A stretch of DNA of 64,000 bases from a virus. The notes below the pieces were generated by a model. It made no database searches. It was not told the DNA's origin and saw only the letters and a list, made by a program, of their open reading frames with translations. The stretch is from positions 2,754 through 66,753 of the IMG/VR virus record IMGVR_UViG_3300046543_000386; one strand, 5' to 3'. A program made the translations under genes and the position numbers. The first letter of the stretch is position 1. The number at the start of each line of letters is the position of its first letter. Shown piece by piece: positions 60,995 through 64,000 of the stretch.

Positions 60995-61018
60995 AGGTTT
61001 TGGTCCTTGTTTTTGGGG

Positions 61019-61142
61019 ATGTCACCCGCGTCACTTAGCGCGCGTGCGCGCGGCAAATGCGTCGGGAACCGGGAACAAACATAGAAAAGAGAGAGAGAAA
61101 AATGCCTTGATGCTCTACGTGCAGAAGTGACATGGGTGACAT
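61019..61142. repeat. 18-bp inverted repeat around a purine-rich core (candidate replication origin)
   Basis: ATGTCACCCGCGTCACTT (61019-61036) against AAGTGACATGGGTGACAT (61125-61142), 16/18 complementary. Confidence 0.6.
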
Positions 61143-61176
61143 TTGCCTTATCCAATTGGTCAGAAAAAAGATCCGT

Positions 61177-63852
61177 CTATTTTCCAGATCTAATCTTGGC
61201 AGCGTTTTTAGCGATTGCAGCCACTGCCGCTTCCCGGCGTTTGCGCTCGTCCTCGGTGCGCTCCGAATGCAAGGCGTGAGCGCGCGGATTGACGTGCCAT
61301 GCGGTCGGCGCGCGCATCGGCGCCTTGTCGCCGCGCTGCACCGGCACCACCCAGCCAAACAGGCTCAGGCTCTCCATCACGCTGTTCAGCACCGGCCGCG
61401 CCTCTGGCGAACGCAGCGCCTTGTAGTGGCGGATGATCTCGCGGCTGGTGATGTGCTCGACCCGGTGGATCAGGATGTGCTGGCAGATCCACGCCGCGTG
61501 CTCGCTCTGCGTGGTGTCGAACATCAGCTTGTCCGCTAGGATTAAATTCGGCATCAGGATATCAAGCATGTAGCGCCGCACGCGGTTGGCGGTATCTGCC
61601 TGCACCACCTTGATCGGAAAATTCGCCATCGGGTCCTCGATCTCCATGGCGGCGCGCTCGATCATGTGGAACGTCAGGCACAGCCGCGCGAACAGGCCGG
61701 GCCATTTGCCGAAGCTGCTTTTGAGCCGCGACGACGCGTCGGGCATCAACTGCATCACCTCGGCGGCGAGGTTGACATCCTCGCGCGCCTCATGCGCGTC
61801 CACGTGCAGCACGATGGCCGGAAAATCCGGATCGCTCCCTGGCCGGTAGCGGGCCATCGCCGGTATCAGGGCAGTGTAGAAGCCCATAGCCACGCTGTTG
61901 GGACTGCGGTCCACGCCCGGCGCCTGCGTGCCGGGCACGTCGAGCATCAGCCGTTGCAGCAATCCGTTGTCGGTACTGTTCTGCGCCACCGCGCGGATCA
62001 CCTCGGGCTGGATGCCGCCCAGCAGGCAGCACGACCACGATTTTGTGGCGAAGCTGCCGCGCCCGATGCGGTCCACGCTGTGCCTGCCGCCGTTGTAGGC
62101 GCGCAGCCACGATCCCCGGTCATTGCTCTTGCCGCCGCCGCTGGTGCGGTCCATCGCGGCGATGAACTCCTCAAGCTCGTCCTGGCGCACCAGCACCTTG
62201 CCCAAGGGCGCGCGCAGCTTGCCGTCGCTGTCGTCGCGCAGCACCTCTTGCAGGGCTTCAATAGTGGCGCTCTCCACCATAAAGCGGTCGCGCGGCGGCA
62301 CCTCGGGTTCGTCCCCACGCGTGTCATTGGGGGCCTTCTTCCACGCGTCGTGCGCGGCCTTGTAGCCAAGCCACACATCATAGGCGTGGATGTCGAGGAA
62401 CTCTGTGGGACGTGTGGCCACCGCAATCACTGGCGATTTGAGCACGCTGGGCGGCCCGACGATGGCGCCCCACAGCCGCGCCGATTCAACCCATGTCGTA
62501 TCGCGACGCTTGGGCTGCATCTTCCAATCCTCGTGGATCGCAGCGGCGCAGGCGATCAGGGTGGCCAGCGCCATGCTGCTGGTGGCGACCCCCATGCGCT
62601 CGGCATTGTCGCTGATGAACGGCCACAGCGACGGCGGCACGTGGTGTTCCTTCAGGATCGGCGCGCCCTCCACGGTGGCCATGAAATCCACCGGCTCGGG
62701 CCAGTCCTGCGCGGGCGTGGCCGGGCCAGGGTGCGACTGCGCGCTGCCCCACTCGTCCTCGTCCTCGCCTATGGGCGGTACGTGCTCATCATCAGCGCCG
62801 TTGGGCTTGGGCTTGCCCGCCTCGCCCGCGACCTTGGTGTCCCACTGCGCCATGGCGTAGCGCCACTTGCGCTGAAACTCACTCCACCCGCGCCCCTCTG
62901 CCTCCAGGCGCTCGGCCTTGGCCGCGTGCGGGCCGGGGATGCGGCTGTCAACGTGTTCCAACCACGCCACGAACGCAGTCGTCATGACCGCGTCGCTTTC
63001 AAACGGCGGCGGCGGGATCGGGCAGGCGCGGTACCAGTCCAGCACCCGCCCCCAGATCCAGTCGCGCATATACTCTTCGCGCCCGTCGCTGATGGTGTCG
63101 GCCAGCGCCGTGGCCAGGGGGCCGTTGACCTTAGACGCGGGTGCAGGCTGCTTAGGTAAACGGCTTGACACGCCCGCCCTGGCGGCGGCGAGCGACTGCG
63201 ACCCTGGCGGCACGGCGCCCAGGATCACGGCGGCCTCCACGAGGAACGCGTGGATCTGCCCCTCGGTGACCGGCAGCAGCCCGCTGGCCGCGATGTCGCC
63301 CGGCGCCTCTGACAGCCAGCGCAGGGTGGCGCCGCTGTGATGCGCACCGAATGCCACGAACTGCTGGCCCGCGCCCAGCACCTCAATTTTGCCGTTGGGG
63401 CTGGGCAGCACGATTTTGCCGGGCTGCCCCTCGGCGGCGCGGTAGAGCAGCAGCACGCGGCTGCCGCTGTCGCGGTACCTGACGGGCGCCTCGCCCAGCA
63501 GGTGATTGGCGAGAATGGCCACCCTGGTGGCCAGCACGCGGTCATCCACGTCGATATCGACGGCGCGTAATCCGTCACAAAGTATCCCCGTATTCAACGC
63601 GTGAGCCACGGCGTTCAGCTTGGTGACCATCGGCGGGTTAAGCATCGCCTCGGCGCGCCAGCCCCGTCCCAAGGGCGCCTTGCCGCTCTTCTCGTCGCCT
63701 CTGATGGGGTTGTGAACCGCCACCGGCCTGAACCCCGCGTCCCACAGCCGCTCGCGGGTCGCGGCAGCCTCGGCAATGCTGGGGAGATCGATGGGCAGTG
63801 GCAACGGCGCCACAGGCTCGTCAAAACCGTGGCTGTCGTCCTGCCCGCTCAC
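61177..63852 (-). CDS. bifunctional primase-polymerase N-terminus fused to DUF3987-like (helicase-like) domain
   Basis: GKAPLGRGW...NTGILCDGLRAVDIDVDD (AEP DxD), IEVLGAGQQFVAFGAH; C-terminal LWGAIVGPPSVLKSP, ATIEAL, QDELE, DRIGRG, LGGIQP, NGLLQR. Confidence 0.85.
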   Translation of the reverse strand: MSGQDDSHGFDEPVAPLPLPIDLPSIAEAAATRERLWDAGFRPVAVHNPIRGDEKSGKAPLGRGWRAEAMLNPPMVTKLNAVAHALNTGILCDGLRAVDIDVDDRVLATRVAILANHLLGEAPVRYRDSGSRVLLLYRAAEGQPGKIVLPSPNGKIEVLGAGQQFVAFGAHHSGATLRWLSEAPGDIAASGLLPVTEGQIHAFLVEAAVILGAVPPGSQSLAAARAGVSSRLPKQPAPASKVNGPLATALADTISDGREEYMRDWIWGRVLDWYRACPIPPPPFESDAVMTTAFVAWLEHVDSRIPGPHAAKAERLEAEGRGWSEFQRKWRYAMAQWDTKVAGEAGKPKPNGADDEHVPPIGEDEDEWGSAQSHPGPATPAQDWPEPVDFMATVEGAPILKEHHVPPSLWPFISDNAERMGVATSSMALATLIACAAAIHEDWKMQPKRRDTTWVESARLWGAIVGPPSVLKSPVIAVATRPTEFLDIHAYDVWLGYKAAHDAWKKAPNDTRGDEPEVPPRDRFMVESATIEALQEVLRDDSDGKLRAPLGKVLVRQDELEEFIAAMDRTSGGGKSNDRGSWLRAYNGGRHSVDRIGRGSFATKSWSCCLLGGIQPEVIRAVAQNSTDNGLLQRLMLDVPGTQAPGVDRSPNSVAMGFYTALIPAMARYRPGSDPDFPAIVLHVDAHEAREDVNLAAEVMQLMPDASSRLKSSFGKWPGLFARLCLTFHMIERAAMEIEDPMANFPIKVVQADTANRVRRYMLDILMPNLILADKLMFDTTQSEHAAWICQHILIHRVEHITSREIIRHYKALRSPEARPVLNSVMESLSLFGWVVPVQRGDKAPMRAPTAWHVNPRAHALHSERTEDERKRREAAVAAIAKNAAKIRSGK

Positions 63853-63914
63853 GTTAAACCACCGTGACGCAGGTTGCGTCGCAGCGTGTCAATCCATATC
63901 GTGTAGATAACCAT
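63849..63914 (-). CDS. 21-aa leader ORF coupled to the primase start
   Basis: MVIYTIWIDTLRRNLRHGGLT; GAGGA RBS; GTGA overlap with the primase GTG. Confidence 0.4.
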   Translation of the reverse strand: MVIYTIWIDTLRRNLRHGGLT

Positions 63915-63949
63915 GATCGACGTGTCCTCGTCGTGATCGGTGCGGAGGC

Positions 63950-63976
63950 GGGGCCGGGTTTGCGAGACCCGGCCCC
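63950..63976. other. GC-rich hairpin
   Basis: GGGGCCGGGT-TTGCGAG-ACCCGGCCCC, no clear U-tract. Confidence 0.55.
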
Positions 63977-64000
63977 ATCTCGTGTGAGCGGGCAAGCTGC

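Noticed and set aside
61666-63159. 497-aa plus-strand ORF
   Set aside because: Antisense shadow of the primase gene
1-64000. Integrase, att sites, DNA polymerase, spanins, exosortase
   Set aside because: None recognised in this window; a temperate lifestyle is only inferred from operators, XRE genes and the moron

Overview
The whole 64 kb window reads as part of a high-GC tailed dsDNA phage genome, with no flanking host genes visible. The morphogenesis module is podovirus-like: no tape measure, sheath or tube genes were recognised, while adaptor/nozzle and ejection-type proteins are present. A long minus-strand block (about 7.8-58.1 kb) carries, in transcription order: TerS, TerL, portal, two polyvalent-type effector genes (ART-like; HhH-like plus GNAT-like), GroES, scaffold, major capsid, adaptors, several fibre/spike genes, a lysis cassette with a GH25 endolysin, the nozzle, ejection proteins and a terminal S74 fibre. 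Early and replication genes lie at both ends: a partial UvrD-like helicase, HTH regulators, a ParB-like protein, VRR-NUC, a PD-(D/E)XK exonuclease, a probable SSB and a Prim-Pol/DUF3987 primase. The most notable element is a self-contained moron at 24.1-25.9 kb. It has an enhancer-like site, a sigma54-type promoter, two PEP-CTERM surface-protein genes, two unannotated membrane micropeptides and a terminator. Other points of interest are a gene nested in another frame inside an effector gene, a recurring [K/R]xxGG motif across many virion proteins, a GTTGAC-N5-GTCAAC operator family overlapping -35 boxes, and a repeated hairpin plus AAGGACC early-gene module. All product calls come from reading motifs by eye; no searches were run. 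An alphaproteobacterial host is only an inference.
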